Shown here piece after piece: positions 21,601 through 31,713 of a stretch of DNA of 64,000 bases. A program made the position numbers and the translations under genes. The stretch's first letter is position 1. Each line of letters opens with the position of its first letter. Source of the DNA: a bacterium (GTDB lineage: Bacteria > UBA8248); the NCBI GenBank assembly GCA_965261085.1, contig OZ253442.1, forward strand, positions 3,840,001 to 3,904,000. Direction: 5' to 3'. The notes beneath the pieces are model-generated. The model ran no database searches. It had not been told where the DNA came from and worked only from the letters and a program-made list of their open reading frames with translations.

Positions 21601-23148
21601 TTAACTATCATACCACATTCGGGAGCCCCGTCTGGAGCGGAACAGCAAAACCGCAGCCAGAGAAACGAAAACACACAGATACGCGAACATATCTCCCATC
21701 CCCGCATATACTGTAGGGGCTCCTTTTTTCAGCGAAATGACATCCGCGTGTATCCACTCCTCAAAAAGGGGGCTTCTCACTCTAATCGCGCCGGTGGGGT
21801 CGATTAACGCGCTTATCCCCGTATTGGCTGAACGAATGATCGGCATACGGAATTCCACCGCCCGGAACGCCACCATCGACAGGTGCTGCTCAGAGGCCGC
21901 CGTTTTTCCGAACCATGCATCGTTCGTGATGTTGACGAGAAACTGCGCGCCCTTCATGCGCCTCACCACGCGGGGAAAAATGACCTCGAAACAGATCAAA
22001 ACGCCAAATTTCCCCTTTGCGGCGTCAAATATCTTCGGTTCTTCTCCGGATTTGAACGTCCCGATCACGGGCACCAGTTTTTCCACAAAAAACAACAGTT
22101 TGCCGAGTGGAACATATTCGCCGAAAGGCAGCAGATGCATCTTGTCGTACCGGCCGATTTCCTCGCCGTCCGGGCCGAGGAGATACGCCGAATTCGTTAA
22201 TTTGGGCCCTTTTTTCACGTCGCGCTTGCCGAGTGTTCCAAACAGCAGATAGGAATCCGCATCTCTCGCCAGTTGGCGAAGATAGCTTCTCCCGTACGCT
22301 TGTGGCCGGTAAACGAGAGGAGCCGCCGCTTCCGGCCAGACGATGAAGGGAGGGGTGGAGGATTCGTTCTTCGGAAAACGCCCTCTCAAGTCCTTCGTCA
22401 ATTTCCCCATCTTTTCGAGGATGCCCTTTTTCCAGCGGGGAGACCATTTCACGGACTGATCGACGTTTCCCTGAACGATGCCGACCGCGCGCGCAGCACC
22501 CGCCGTTTCGATAGGCACTTCGTGGAGACGCAAATAACCATAGCCCCACACGAGCGCCGCCATGAGAGAAACGCCGATGACGACGGCGTAGGGCGCCTTT
22601 CGCGGAAAACGGAAAAAATGCCAGATCGCCGCGTTCACGAACACGATAAAGAACGACACGCCATACACGCCCACCAGATCGGCGATTTGAATGACATGCA
22701 AATAGCGATACTGGCTATACCCCAGCAAAGCCCACGGGAAACCGGACATAAAATAGGCGCGCAAGAGCTCCAGAGAGACCCACATAGGCGCCGCGATGAG
22801 AAACGTGAGAAAAGTGCCGCCTGAATGTATGCGCACCATGAAAAATGCAAATAATGCCGGGTACAAAGCCAGATAAAGCGCGAGGACGGCGGTAATCAGC
22901 CAGGCGAGAGCCGCCGGCAGTCCCCCGTAAGTGGCCATGGAAATCTTCACCCACCAGATGATGATTCCGAACGAAACCAGCCCGGTCAGCAACCCCAGGA
23001 AAAACGCTTGGTGTGGTTTTTTGCCTTCCAGCACCCATAGAAGGGGGACGAGCGCGATCCAGGCCAAAATCTCGAACTGAAACGGCGGATACAAAGACGC
23101 CAGCAAAAGACCCGAGAATATGGAAAATCCTATGTCCTTCGCTTTCAA
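21601..23148 (-). CDS. lnt: Apolipoprotein N-acyltransferase
   Basis: GFPWALLGYSQ, VQGNV, WPEAA, YDKMHLLPFGEYVP, ICFE, TNDAWFG and RSANTGIS motifs. Confidence 0.96.
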   Translation of the reverse strand: MKAKDIGFSIFSGLLLASLYPPFQFEILAWIALVPLLWVLEGKKPHQAFFLGLLTGLVSFGIIIWWVKISMATYGGLPAALAWLITAVLALYLALYPALFAFFMVRIHSGGTFLTFLIAAPMWVSLELLRAYFMSGFPWALLGYSQYRYLHVIQIADLVGVYGVSFFIVFVNAAIWHFFRFPRKAPYAVVIGVSLMAALVWGYGYLRLHEVPIETAGAARAVGIVQGNVDQSVKWSPRWKKGILEKMGKLTKDLRGRFPKNESSTPPFIVWPEAAAPLVYRPQAYGRSYLRQLARDADSYLLFGTLGKRDVKKGPKLTNSAYLLGPDGEEIGRYDKMHLLPFGEYVPLGKLLFFVEKLVPVIGTFKSGEEPKIFDAAKGKFGVLICFEVIFPRVVRRMKGAQFLVNITNDAWFGKTAASEQHLSMVAFRAVEFRMPIIRSANTGISALIDPTGAIRVRSPLFEEWIHADVISLKKGAPTVYAGMGDMFAYLCVFVSLAAVLLFRSRRGSRMWYDS

Positions 23149-25058
23149 TGTTTGCTTGTCTGAGAAGCGCTTTCCCCAGCTCCTTCGATAAAGGCGCTCT
23201 CGCCCCCGAGTTTTTCCCGCAAGGCGGCCACGAGTTTCGGCGTAACGCCCTCTACTTCCAGGAGCTTGAAATCGCTCGCTTCCAATACGCCTCTCAAACT
23301 CCCAAACGTCCGCAATAGCGCGCGCCTGCGCTTTGGGCCCAAACCGGGCACATCATCCAGACCACTCTTGATTGCAGTGCGTCTGCGCCGCGTCCGGTGG
23401 AACGTCAGGACGAACCGGTGCACCTCGTCGCGGATTTTTTGCAGCATGAGTTTGGACGCGCTTCCCTCTTTCATTTGAATGGGGTCCGACTGACCGGGCA
23501 GGAAAATCACATCCTGCGCTTCGGGGTTCCCGGAACTCCTGCCCTTCGCAATCGCGCACAACGCCACATCCGCCACGCCGAGTTCCTCGAGCGCCGAGGC
23601 GGCCGATGAGAGTTGCCCCTTCCCGCCGTCGATAAGCAGAAGATCGGGCATCTCGCCCCCTTCGTTCACCAGACGCTCCAGGCGCCTGAAAACGATCTCG
23701 CGCATGGAGGAATAATCATCGGGGGATTCCGCCACGCTCCTGATCTTGTAGCGACGATAACCATCTTTCAACGAGCGCCCTTCCTGGAACATGACGCTGG
23801 CGCCGACGATGTTACTCCCCTGCAGATTCGATACGTCGAACGCTTCAATCCGCACCGGCAGCTCCTCGAGCCCCAACGCCTGCCGAATTTCCTCGAGTGT
23901 TTGCTGTTCCTTGCTGACCAGGGCGTTTTCCTGCTCCTGGGCATGCGATGCGTTCTCGCTCGCCATCTCGACCAGCCGGCGCTTGTCTCCCCGGCGGGGA
24001 TGAAAAACGGACACTTTTTTGCCCCGTTTCTCGGACAGCCATTGCGCGATGAGCGAAGCATCATTCACTGAAGAGGGCAAAAGCACTTCATTGGGGAAAA
24101 ACGTCTTGCCAGCGTAATACTGCTTCACGAACGCGGAGACGACTTCTCCGTCGGGAACGCCTTCTCGAGCGGCCACATGAAATCCCTGGTCTCCCAGCAG
24201 CCTGCCGCCCCGAATAAAAAACATGCGGAACGTCGCTTTCTCTCCCTCACGATGGCAGCCGAGCACATCCTGATCGCCCCCTTTTACGGAAAGCATCGTC
24301 TGCCGCTCGGTGACGTGCTCGATACCTTGAATCTGATCCCTCACCTTGGCGGCGGCTTCATATTGCAGTTCCTGAGAGTATCCCTGCATCTGTTTCTTGA
24401 GTCTTCGAACCAACTCCTGATTTTTCCCTTTCAGGAAATCAAGCGCGTCGTCAACGCCGCCTCTATACGATTCCCGGCTTTGATAATCATCACACGGCCC
24501 CAGGCACTGGCCCATTTGAAAATAGATGCACCGCTTCGCCGTTTTATCTTCCAAACCACCCGTGCAGGGCCTGATATGAAACGTCTTTTGTAAAAAGCGA
24601 ATCGTGCGTCTCAGGCTGCTCGCCGACGGGAAGGGCCCCAGGTAGGAATCGCCGTCTCCCGCCGGGCGGCGAACGATGCTCAGGCGGGGGTAATCCTCAC
24701 TCGTACTCAGCTTCATGTAGGGAAAATGTTTGTCGTCGCGCAACAGCACGTTGTGGCGGGGCTTGTGCTTTTTCACATAATTGCTTTCGAGGATGAGCGC
24801 CTCGATTTCATTGGCCGTCACAATGTGCTCTATCGTGGTAGATTCCTCCACCATTTTCTGAATCCAGGGACCCCGGCCGGTCCTTTTTGCAAAATAACTG
24901 CGCACCCGGCTTCTCAGGCGCAACGCCTTACCGACGTAGAGCACATCTCCCGTTCGGTTCCTGAAAATGTATATCCCCGGTTTTTCGGGCAAAGACTTCA
25001 AAAACGAGCGGTCCTCTCCCACGGAAACCAGGCCGGGAGAAAGCACGGAATCACTCAT
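23145..25058 (-). CDS. uvrC: Excinuclease ABC subunit C
   Basis: GIY-YIG (PGIY...YVGKA...RVRSYF), [25 protein letters not shown] and HhH (GLGPKRR) motifs. Confidence 0.97.
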   Translation of the reverse strand: MSDSVLSPGLVSVGEDRSFLKSLPEKPGIYIFRNRTGDVLYVGKALRLRSRVRSYFAKRTGRGPWIQKMVEESTTIEHIVTANEIEALILESNYVKKHKPRHNVLLRDDKHFPYMKLSTSEDYPRLSIVRRPAGDGDSYLGPFPSASSLRRTIRFLQKTFHIRPCTGGLEDKTAKRCIYFQMGQCLGPCDDYQSRESYRGGVDDALDFLKGKNQELVRRLKKQMQGYSQELQYEAAAKVRDQIQGIEHVTERQTMLSVKGGDQDVLGCHREGEKATFRMFFIRGGRLLGDQGFHVAAREGVPDGEVVSAFVKQYYAGKTFFPNEVLLPSSVNDASLIAQWLSEKRGKKVSVFHPRRGDKRRLVEMASENASHAQEQENALVSKEQQTLEEIRQALGLEELPVRIEAFDVSNLQGSNIVGASVMFQEGRSLKDGYRRYKIRSVAESPDDYSSMREIVFRRLERLVNEGGEMPDLLLIDGGKGQLSSAASALEELGVADVALCAIAKGRSSGNPEAQDVIFLPGQSDPIQMKEGSASKLMLQKIRDEVHRFVLTFHRTRRRRTAIKSGLDDVPGLGPKRRRALLRTFGSLRGVLEASDFKLLEVEGVTPKLVAALREKLGGESAFIEGAGESASQTSKH

Positions 25059-27064
25059 GTCGCGATTTTGGAGGGTTTCAGGCCAAGCTGCCGACGCTCG
25101 ATGGCGAGAATTTTATCGCGAATCTCGGCAGCCCGCTCAAATTCTAGCTTCTGAGCCGCCTCATGCATTTGGGCGCGAAGCTCATCCAACGCCGATGCGT
25201 CCATCTCGGAAAATAGTGGCGCTTCCATCTCTTCCCACCCGAGGGCATCGCCGTAACCCCGTTCGCCGGACGCTTCCAAAAGCTCATCCATCCTGCGGCT
25301 GATGGAACGGGGAACAATCCCGTTCGTTTCGTTGTAAGCGATTTGGATACTCCTTCTCCTATCCATCTCGTCCAGTGCGCGGAGCATGCTGTCGGTGATG
25401 CGATCCGCATACATGATGACCCGGCCATCGATGTGCCTCGCCGCGCGGCCCGAGGTCTGGATCAAAGAAGTTTCCGAGCGCAAAAACCCTTCCTTGTCCG
25501 CATCGAATATGGCGACGAGAGCGACTTCGGGCAAATCCAATCCCTCTCGCAGTAAATTGATGCCGATCAGCACGTCAAAAACGCCCGAGCGCAGATCGCG
25601 AATTATCCGCACCCGCTCGAGTGTGTCGATATCGCTGTGCAAATACCGGACCCGGACCCCTAAATCTTCATAGTATTCCGTTAAATCCTCGGAAAATCTC
25701 TTCGTCAGGGTGGTGACGAGCGCCCGGTCCCCCATAGCAGCCACCTTGCGCACCTCGGCGAGCAGGTCGTCCACCTGTCCCTGCACCGGGCGAATCTCCA
25801 CAGGGGGATCGACCAAACCGGTGGGCCTCAACAACTGTTCCACAACAACGCCTTCGCTTTTCTCCAGTTCGTAGGGCCCGGGAGTCGCCGAAACATAGAT
25901 CGTGTTCTTCAGGATCGCCTCGAACTCTTTTATTTCAAGCGGGCGATTATCCAAAGCCGACGGCAGCCTGAAGCCATACGACACCAGGGTTTCCTTGCGG
26001 GAACGATCTCCTCGGTACATCCCCCGCAACTGGGGGATGCTTTGATGGCTCTCGTCTATCACCACCAGATGATCCCGGGAGAAATATGAAAACAAGGTCG
26101 CGGGCGGCTCGCCCGTCAAGCGCCCGTCGAGGTGTAAGCTGTAGTTTTCCACCCCGTGGCAGTAGCCCACTTCCCTGAGCATTTCGATGTCTTGTAAGGT
26201 TCGCTGCTGCAGGCGCTGCGCTTCATAGGATTTGTCTTGGGCATTCAACTCCGCCACCTGCTCCCACAACTCCCGCTGAATGGATTCGATGGCGGTCGAG
26301 AGCCTCTCCTCGGGCGTGATGTAGTGGCTGTTGGGGTAAATCTCCACCCGATCGAGTTTTCTTAAAGCGATTCCCCGCAGCGGCTCGATTTCCGTGATGC
26401 CGTCGATTTCCTCCCCAAAAAACTCCACGCGAATCGCTTGCTCTTCTTCGTGGGCGGGGATAATTTCGACGACATCGCCACGCGCGCGAAAAGAAGCGCG
26501 ACGCAAAGCCGCATCCGAACGCCGATACTGAATTCTTATCAGTTGCGTGAGCAACTCCTCGCGGTCCATTTCCATGCCGACGGAAATATTGATGTGGAGA
26601 TCGAAATAATCGGCCGGCGAACCCAGCCCATAGATGGAACTCACGCTCGCCACCACGATGACGTCTTCGCGCATCAAGGCGGAGCGCGTCGCCGCGTGCC
26701 TCAGGCAGTCCAGCTCATCGTTGATGGAAGCATCTTTTTCGATGAACGTATCCGTGGTCGGGACATAGGCTTCCGGCTGATAGTAGTCATAATAACTGAC
26801 GAAATACTCTACCGCGTTGTTGGGGAAAAACCCCTTGAATTCATTATAAAGTTGTGCGGCCAGGGTTTTGTTATGGGCGATGACGAGCGTGGGTTTCCCC
26901 ATCTTCGCGATGACGTTCGCCACCGTGAACGTCTTGCCGGAGCCGGTGACGCCCAAGAGAACCTGATGCTTCTGGCCCTCTTCGAACTGACGGACGATGT
27001 CGTCTATCGCCTCGGGCTGATCGCCCGTGGGAGAGAATTCCGAATGGAGCTCGAAGCTACTCAT
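25055..27064 (-). CDS. uvrB: Excinuclease ABC subunit B
   Basis: [43 protein letters not shown] and C-terminal UVR motifs. Confidence 0.98.
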   Translation of the reverse strand: MSSFELHSEFSPTGDQPEAIDDIVRQFEEGQKHQVLLGVTGSGKTFTVANVIAKMGKPTLVIAHNKTLAAQLYNEFKGFFPNNAVEYFVSYYDYYQPEAYVPTTDTFIEKDASINDELDCLRHAATRSALMREDVIVVASVSSIYGLGSPADYFDLHINISVGMEMDREELLTQLIRIQYRRSDAALRRASFRARGDVVEIIPAHEEEQAIRVEFFGEEIDGITEIEPLRGIALRKLDRVEIYPNSHYITPEERLSTAIESIQRELWEQVAELNAQDKSYEAQRLQQRTLQDIEMLREVGYCHGVENYSLHLDGRLTGEPPATLFSYFSRDHLVVIDESHQSIPQLRGMYRGDRSRKETLVSYGFRLPSALDNRPLEIKEFEAILKNTIYVSATPGPYELEKSEGVVVEQLLRPTGLVDPPVEIRPVQGQVDDLLAEVRKVAAMGDRALVTTLTKRFSEDLTEYYEDLGVRVRYLHSDIDTLERVRIIRDLRSGVFDVLIGINLLREGLDLPEVALVAIFDADKEGFLRSETSLIQTSGRAARHIDGRVIMYADRITDSMLRALDEMDRRRSIQIAYNETNGIVPRSISRRMDELLEASGERGYGDALGWEEMEAPLFSEMDASALDELRAQMHEAAQKLEFERAAEIRDKILAIERRQLGLKPSKIAT

Positions 27065-27153
27065 GAAGGGTCCTCTGCCTCCGGCTAAGGCGGCTCGAAA
27101 AATCGAGCGGAAGATAGTCTAACGGATTAAGGCAGACACATAAACCCTAAGAT

Positions 27154-27681
27154 TCAAGCGGATTGAACTGGGTGGAGGTATTTTTCCCATGCATGCTGCA
27201 CTGTTCGAGGAAACCGATGGTTCAGGTGCTGCAATATGAACGATTTTGGTTTTCGGGGCTGCTTGTTCAGCTTCAGGCCCGCCTCATCGGGCGTGCGGTC
27301 TCCTTTTTTCGCATTGCATCTCCGGCAACTGCAAACCGCATTCTCCCATGTGGAGCGGCCGCCACGGGAACGCGGCAACACATGATCCACCGTTAAATAT
27401 CCACCTTTCGCACCGCAATACTGACAGGTGTTCTCGTCGCGACGCATCACATTTTTTTTACTGAACGGAATCTGGCTTCGGCGAGGAACATATACATACG
27501 TTCTCAGCCGTATGACGGCGGGGAGGTGAAACTCCATCGCCTCGCTCCGGACGATCAGGCCATTCGTCTCGATGGTATCCGCTTTTCCGGTGATCATCAT
27601 GCGAATCGCACGACGAGCGTTGCAAACATTTATCGGCTCATATGTATGGTTGAGCACCAAAACACGCGATTGCTCGATCAC
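27154..27681 (-). CDS. HNH endonuclease (McrA/HNH_5 type)
   Basis: VLVLNxxYEP N-terminus; RRDxxxCQYCG...TVDHVLPRSRGG...WENxVxxCxxCNxxKG. Confidence 0.9.
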   Translation of the reverse strand: MIEQSRVLVLNHTYEPINVCNARRAIRMMITGKADTIETNGLIVRSEAMEFHLPAVIRLRTYVYVPRRSQIPFSKKNVMRRDENTCQYCGAKGGYLTVDHVLPRSRGGRSTWENAVCSCRRCNAKKGDRTPDEAGLKLNKQPRKPKSFILQHLNHRFPRTVQHAWEKYLHPVQSA

Positions 27682-27787
27682 CCTATACGCTCCCCTTGAA
27701 ACAAGTGGGCGACGGGATACAAACCACTATTTGCGCATCCCTTTATGTAGACCTCGCCTGTCCTTGTCAACGAGCAATCGTTTTTTT

Positions 27788-27972
27788 CAGACATTGCGAA
27801 ACCGACCTCGCAAATTTATAATGGTCGGTCTTCGCCAAACGGCGAAGAAACGCCTCACGAATTCATCTCTCCAAAGAGGAAAACCCCGTTGTCGCCCCGT
27901 TCCGGACGCGGAAGAATAATCCTCCTCACGCTAGGCGCCCTGGCCATTGCTTGCGGACTGGGTATCGGCGCG
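27788..27972 (+). repeat. Copy 1 of a 185-bp direct repeat (PBP1A promoter, 5' UTR and first 28 codons)
   Basis: Aligns without gaps to 29165-29349 with 9 mismatches by eye. Confidence 0.95.
27794..27822 (+). promoter_or_regulatory. Sigma70-type promoter TTGCGA-N17-TATAAT overlapping the palindrome TTGCGA-N8-TCGCAA (copy 1)
   Basis: TTGCGA 27794-27799, TCGCAA 27808-27813, TATAAT 27817-27822. Confidence 0.7.
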
Positions 27973-27990
27973 TTAGGAACGCAGTGTTAG
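27889..27990 (+). pseudogene. Truncated 5' duplicate of the PBP1A gene (33-aa membrane-anchor peptide)
   Basis: TTG 27889 reads MSPRSGRGRIILLTLGALAIACGLGIGA, matching the PBP1A N-terminus except residue 2, then LGTQC and a stop in foreign sequence. Confidence 0.75.
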
Positions 27991-28101
27991 ATATAGTTGA
28001 CCGAATATCCCCAGATCATTACATTGGCACAAGCTGGCAATAATCTACGGCAACCATTCAACGCCCACAAAGGAGTGCTGGGAAATCACAAGGAGTATAA
28101 A

Positions 28102-28362
28102 ATGGAGTACCATGAAGTAAATATCCCCATCCCAAACAATCCTCCCATCAAGGGATTAGATATTCCTATCGACAATTCTAATGAGAAATTCAATGAATAC
28201 ACATTGAATGATGGAACAATCTTGCGGGTCAAATTAGTTATTTCTGCGGTTATAAGAGCAAATGACCAATGGGACACAGAAGGGCATCCAATATACACCA
28301 TCCTAAGCCATAATGTCGTTCGCGTAGTGCAATCACACCCATCACTCCGGCAAAGAAGATAG
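28102..28362 (+). CDS. Small hypothetical protein, first gene of the AT-rich islet
   Basis: AAGGAG RBS before ATG 28102; 86 aa with EYTLNDGTILRVKLV...DTEGHPIY; co-oriented and tightly packed with the two downstream genes. Confidence 0.7.
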   Translation: MEYHEVNIPIPNNPPIKGLDIPIDNSNEKFNEYTLNDGTILRVKLVISAVIRANDQWDTEGHPIYTILSHNVVRVVQSHPSLRQRR

Positions 28363-28367
28363 GTGAG

Positions 28368-28757
28368 ATGAAAATAACTATTGAGTATCCTTCAGGCATA
28401 GAACAGAATGGTTGGGAAAAATGGACGACCCAAAAAGAAAAATCTGATGAACCAACACGTTCATGTTTCCAAATCGAAGTAGGGGAAGCGCCTCTTGGGA
28501 ATGGAGATTTTATTAATCCTAAATCACCACCCCTCATATTCTATTTTTTCTCAAATGATGAAAAGCCTTATTATGAAATAGAGCATGAAGAATTGAATAT
28601 CTCCGTTTATGGGGATAGCTTGAAAGAAATAGAGAAAATGCTCTACGAGGAAATAGCGTTTTTGTGGGAATCTTATGCTTTAGAAGATGACGCGAATATG
28701 ACCTCTGCTGCTCAAGAATTAAAGAAGCGTTTACTCGAAACATTTAAAGTGAGCTGA
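28368..28757 (+). CDS. HicB-like antitoxin candidate
   Basis: Acidic protein. YEIEHEELNISVYGDSLKEIEKMLYEEIAFLWESY resembles the HicB partial RNase H fold; its stop overlaps the next start (TGATG). Confidence 0.55.
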   Translation: MKITIEYPSGIEQNGWEKWTTQKEKSDEPTRSCFQIEVGEAPLGNGDFINPKSPPLIFYFFSNDEKPYYEIEHEELNISVYGDSLKEIEKMLYEEIAFLWESYALEDDANMTSAAQELKKRLLETFKVS

Positions 28758-29041
28758 TGGCGCAACGTGAAAGCAGGGTTATTAAAAGTCAACTATCTCG
28801 AAAAGGTTTTCAGGAAGACGATAGACACCACGTCTACCTCACTTACAAGACCTTGGACGGCAAAAAATCAGATATCAAAACAAGACTGAGTCAGGGCAGC
28901 AATGAAACTATCCAAACGCGCCTGCTGGGTAAAATGGCCCGACAATGCCATTTGAATATCAACCATTTTTTAAGGCTGGTCGATTGTGATATGGAGCAAG
29001 ATGAATACGAACAACATCTCAGGGACAACTACAAAATCTAG
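28757..29041 (+). CDS. HicA-like (dsRBD-fold) mRNA interferase toxin candidate
   Basis: 94 aa with a basic N-terminus, LSRKGF...RHHVYLTY...G...KTRLSQG...LLGKMARQCHL, fitting the HicA alpha-beta-beta-beta-alpha pattern with a candidate catalytic His. Confidence 0.6.
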   Translation: MAQRESRVIKSQLSRKGFQEDDRHHVYLTYKTLDGKKSDIKTRLSQGSNETIQTRLLGKMARQCHLNINHFLRLVDCDMEQDEYEQHLRDNYKI

Positions 29042-29090
29042 TCGACGTCATTGTAGCACCGCACGTCGACCTGGTCCCGATTTCCTCTCC

Positions 29091-29148
29091 TCTTAGTTTG
29101 GATCTGGCCCTCCTCTCGCTCGGTGGAGGGCCAGATCCAGACTGAGAC
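29091..29148 (+). terminator. Long hairpin downstream of the HicA-like gene (terminator or insulator candidate)
   Basis: Perfect 15-bp inverted repeat TGGATCTGGCCCTCC/GGAGGGCCAGATCCA (29099-29113/29125-29139), extendable to 23 bp with G.U pairs. The T tract is offset (29158-29163). Confidence 0.55.
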
Positions 29149-29164
29149 ACTACCTGCTTTTTTC

Positions 29165-29349
29165 CAGACATTGCGAAAAGGGCGTCGCAAATTTATAATG
29201 GTCGGTCTTCGCCAAAGGGCGGAGAAACGCCTCACGAATTCATCTCTCCAAAAAGGAAAACCCCGTTGTTGCCCCGTTCCGGACGCGGAAGAATAATCCT
29301 CCTCACGCTAGGCGCCCTGGCCATCGCTTGCGGACTGGGTATCGGCGCG
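29165..29349 (+). repeat. Copy 2 of the 185-bp direct repeat; supplies the promoter and 5' end of the intact PBP1A gene
   Basis: TTGCGA 29171-29176, TCGCAA 29185-29190, TATAAT 29194-29199; continues in frame into PBP1A. Confidence 0.95.
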
Positions 29350-31488
29350 AGCCTTAGTTATCTATACGATTTTCCCGAACTCGAGCGGCTCCAGAATTAT
29401 AAGCCCAACACCATCACGCGCATTTACGCCCGCGGGGGAGAACTTCTCGCGGAACTGTACCAGGAAAGAAGAAAGCCCATACCTTTGAAACAAATCCCCA
29501 CCACGCTGCGCCAGGCGTTCCTGGCCATAGAAGACAGCCGCTTTTATGACCATCCGGGCGTCAGCTACCCGGATATTTTTCGGGCGTTCATCAAGAACCT
29601 GAGCGCGGGCCACTTTGTGCAGGGGGGCAGCACCATTACCCAGCAATTGGCAAAAGTTCTCTTTTTGACGCCCGAGAGAAAACTCAAGCGAAAAATACGG
29701 GAAGCGTTTCTCGCCCTCGAGATTGAGCGACGCTTCACGAAAGATGAAATACTCGAATTTTATATGAATCAAATCTATCTCGGCGGCGGGGCGTACGGGG
29801 TACAGGCGGCGGCCCAAATCTATTTTGGAAAAACGGTCGCTCAACTCACTCTGGCCGAATCCGCCATGATTGCAGGACTGCCCAAAGCTCCTACGCGATT
29901 CAGCCCCAAAACCAACCCCGAGAAAGCACTGAAACGACGTAATCTGGTAATCCAGAGGATGCTGGCTTCGGGGTTCATTACCGAGGAACAAAGAAAAATA
30001 GCTCGCGAAGAACCGATCCAACTGGTTCCCAGGGTGACCAATATCGCGCCCGAAGCCGCCTATTTCATCGAGAAAACCCGCCTCAGCCTCAGTCGCCGGT
30101 TTGGGCAATCCCTGTATAAAAGTGGCCTGCAAATTCATACGACCGTTGACATCGGTTTGCAGAAAACCGCTCACAAAGCGCTCATCAACGGAATCAAGAA
30201 AATTAACCAAAGACGCGGGTTCATGAGTCCCGGAACAAAAATCAAGAGGCCGCCGCGCCTGGGGGATGGATTCCAATTTCACATTCTGGACATCACCGCG
30301 AAGATGGTGAGCGGAATTATCGGGGACTATGAAGTGGAAATGCCTCTTCCCGGACACATCGACCCCAAAAGGCTCAGAGAAGGCGATCTTCTTTTGGGGC
30401 GCGTGATCAAAGTGGATCGCGCTTCTAAAAAACTTTTTCTGGAATGGCAAGAGACCGTGCAAGGCGCCGTCATCGCGTTCGACTCCCAAACCGGAGCGCT
30501 CCGCGCCCTGACGGGTGGAACCAACTTCCGCCGCTTCCCGTTCAACCGCGCCACCCAGGCGCGGCGCCAGCCGGGTTCGGCTTTTAAGCCCATCATCATG
30601 GGGACAGCCCTGTCCCAGGGTTACACGCCCGCGCACATTCTCATGGATACCCCCTTCGTCCGCCGTATGCCGGGCACGCTCAAGGATTGGAAACCCAGAA
30701 ACTACACCAACAAATTCTATGGCCCCGTCACCATGAGACGAGCCCTGGAATCCTCACTCAACCTGGCCACCATCAAGCTGCTGGACCAGATGGGCCCGCA
30801 AAAAGCGATCACGTTCGCGCATCGGCTCGGCATCCGCTCAAAAATGAACCCGTATCTCTCCCTGGCGCTCGGCTCCATCGAGGTGACGCCGTACCAGTTC
30901 ACGGCTTCATACATTCCATTCGCCACGCGGGGCGTATATGCGCGGCCCTATGAAATCACAAGAGTCACCGACGGAAGAAACCGGGTGCTGGAGGAAAACG
31001 TTCCCACGACGCATCTCGCCATCGCGCCCGAGACGGCCTACCAAATGAAAATGTTGTTGCGCGGCGTCATCACGAATGGAACCGGAAAAAAGGCCAAAAA
31101 GATCGGCGCCTTCCTGGCCGGAAAGACAGGCACCACGAATGAATACCGGGACGCCTGGTTCATCGGTTTCTCGGAGGACCTCGTCTTGGGAGTCTGGGTG
31201 GGCCGTGACGATAACAAACACATGGGCTACCGGGCTTCGGGCGGAAGCGCGGCCTTGCCCATATGGGTCGAAGTGATGAAAGGCTGGTTCGAAGGCAGGG
31301 AGTCAACAGTGCGAATTCCCGAACCGCCACCCGGCATTACCCTCGTGAAGGTGGATTCGCGATCCGGCCATTTGCCGTCCACCTGGTGTGCGGGTGAACC
31401 GATACTGGAAGCCTTTGTGGAGGGAACGGAACCCTCCGAGCAGTGCGCTCAGAAATCCCGCCTGCCGGCGATATTGAGCGGTGGTTGA
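29266..31488 (+). CDS. mrcA: Penicillin-binding protein 1A family (transglycosylase-transpeptidase)
   Basis: N-terminal TM helix, EDSRFYDH, QGGSTITQQLAK, RKIRE, SAFK (SxxK), SLN and KTG motifs. Confidence 0.93.
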   Translation: MLPRSGRGRIILLTLGALAIACGLGIGASLSYLYDFPELERLQNYKPNTITRIYARGGELLAELYQERRKPIPLKQIPTTLRQAFLAIEDSRFYDHPGVSYPDIFRAFIKNLSAGHFVQGGSTITQQLAKVLFLTPERKLKRKIREAFLALEIERRFTKDEILEFYMNQIYLGGGAYGVQAAAQIYFGKTVAQLTLAESAMIAGLPKAPTRFSPKTNPEKALKRRNLVIQRMLASGFITEEQRKIAREEPIQLVPRVTNIAPEAAYFIEKTRLSLSRRFGQSLYKSGLQIHTTVDIGLQKTAHKALINGIKKINQRRGFMSPGTKIKRPPRLGDGFQFHILDITAKMVSGIIGDYEVEMPLPGHIDPKRLREGDLLLGRVIKVDRASKKLFLEWQETVQGAVIAFDSQTGALRALTGGTNFRRFPFNRATQARRQPGSAFKPIIMGTALSQGYTPAHILMDTPFVRRMPGTLKDWKPRNYTNKFYGPVTMRRALESSLNLATIKLLDQMGPQKAITFAHRLGIRSKMNPYLSLALGSIEVTPYQFTASYIPFATRGVYARPYEITRVTDGRNRVLEENVPTTHLAIAPETAYQMKMLLRGVITNGTGKKAKKIGAFLAGKTGTTNEYRDAWFIGFSEDLVLGVWVGRDDNKHMGYRASGGSAALPIWVEVMKGWFEGRESTVRIPEPPPGITLVKVDSRSGHLPSTWCAGEPILEAFVEGTEPSEQCAQKSRLPAILSGG

Positions 31489-31508
31489 TGACGGAGAAGC
31501 TCTCCATC

Positions 31509-31650
31509 CCGGCGCGCATTTGCCGTCATCACAGGCGTTTCAAGCCTATGGTGGATTCGTTATCCGGCGCGCATTTGCCATCATCACTGAGTTTCCGGGA
31601 AATGGGAGTATTCGCTCTCCGGCGCGCATCTCCCCGCATTTGCCGTCAGC
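31509..31650 (+). repeat. Degenerate 55-bp-period tandem repeat x3 containing the CGCATTTGCC motif (locus A)
   Basis: CCGGCGCGCATTTGCCRTCATCAC at 31509 and 31564; CCGGCGCGCATCTCCCCGCATTTGCCGTCA at 31619. Confidence 0.85.
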
Positions 31651-31713
31651 GCGGGCGCTGCGGAACGTGGCAGGATTCCCGCGCGAACCGGTGAAACGAG
31701 TCGAGGCGGAATT

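Noticed and set aside
27154-27681. HNH nuclease as the islet's homing or mobility enzyme
   Set aside because: It lies outside the direct repeats, has host-like composition and is co-oriented with uvrB; it resembles a widespread stand-alone family.
29362-30636. 424-aa minus-strand ORF
   Set aside because: Antisense shadow of the PBP1A gene.
31509-31650. Mini CRISPR array (24-bp repeats, 31-bp spacers)
   Set aside because: Only 2-3 units, the spacers resemble each other (GTTTC...ATGG...ATTCG), the third repeat is broken, there are no cas genes, and the motif recurs at non-array loci.
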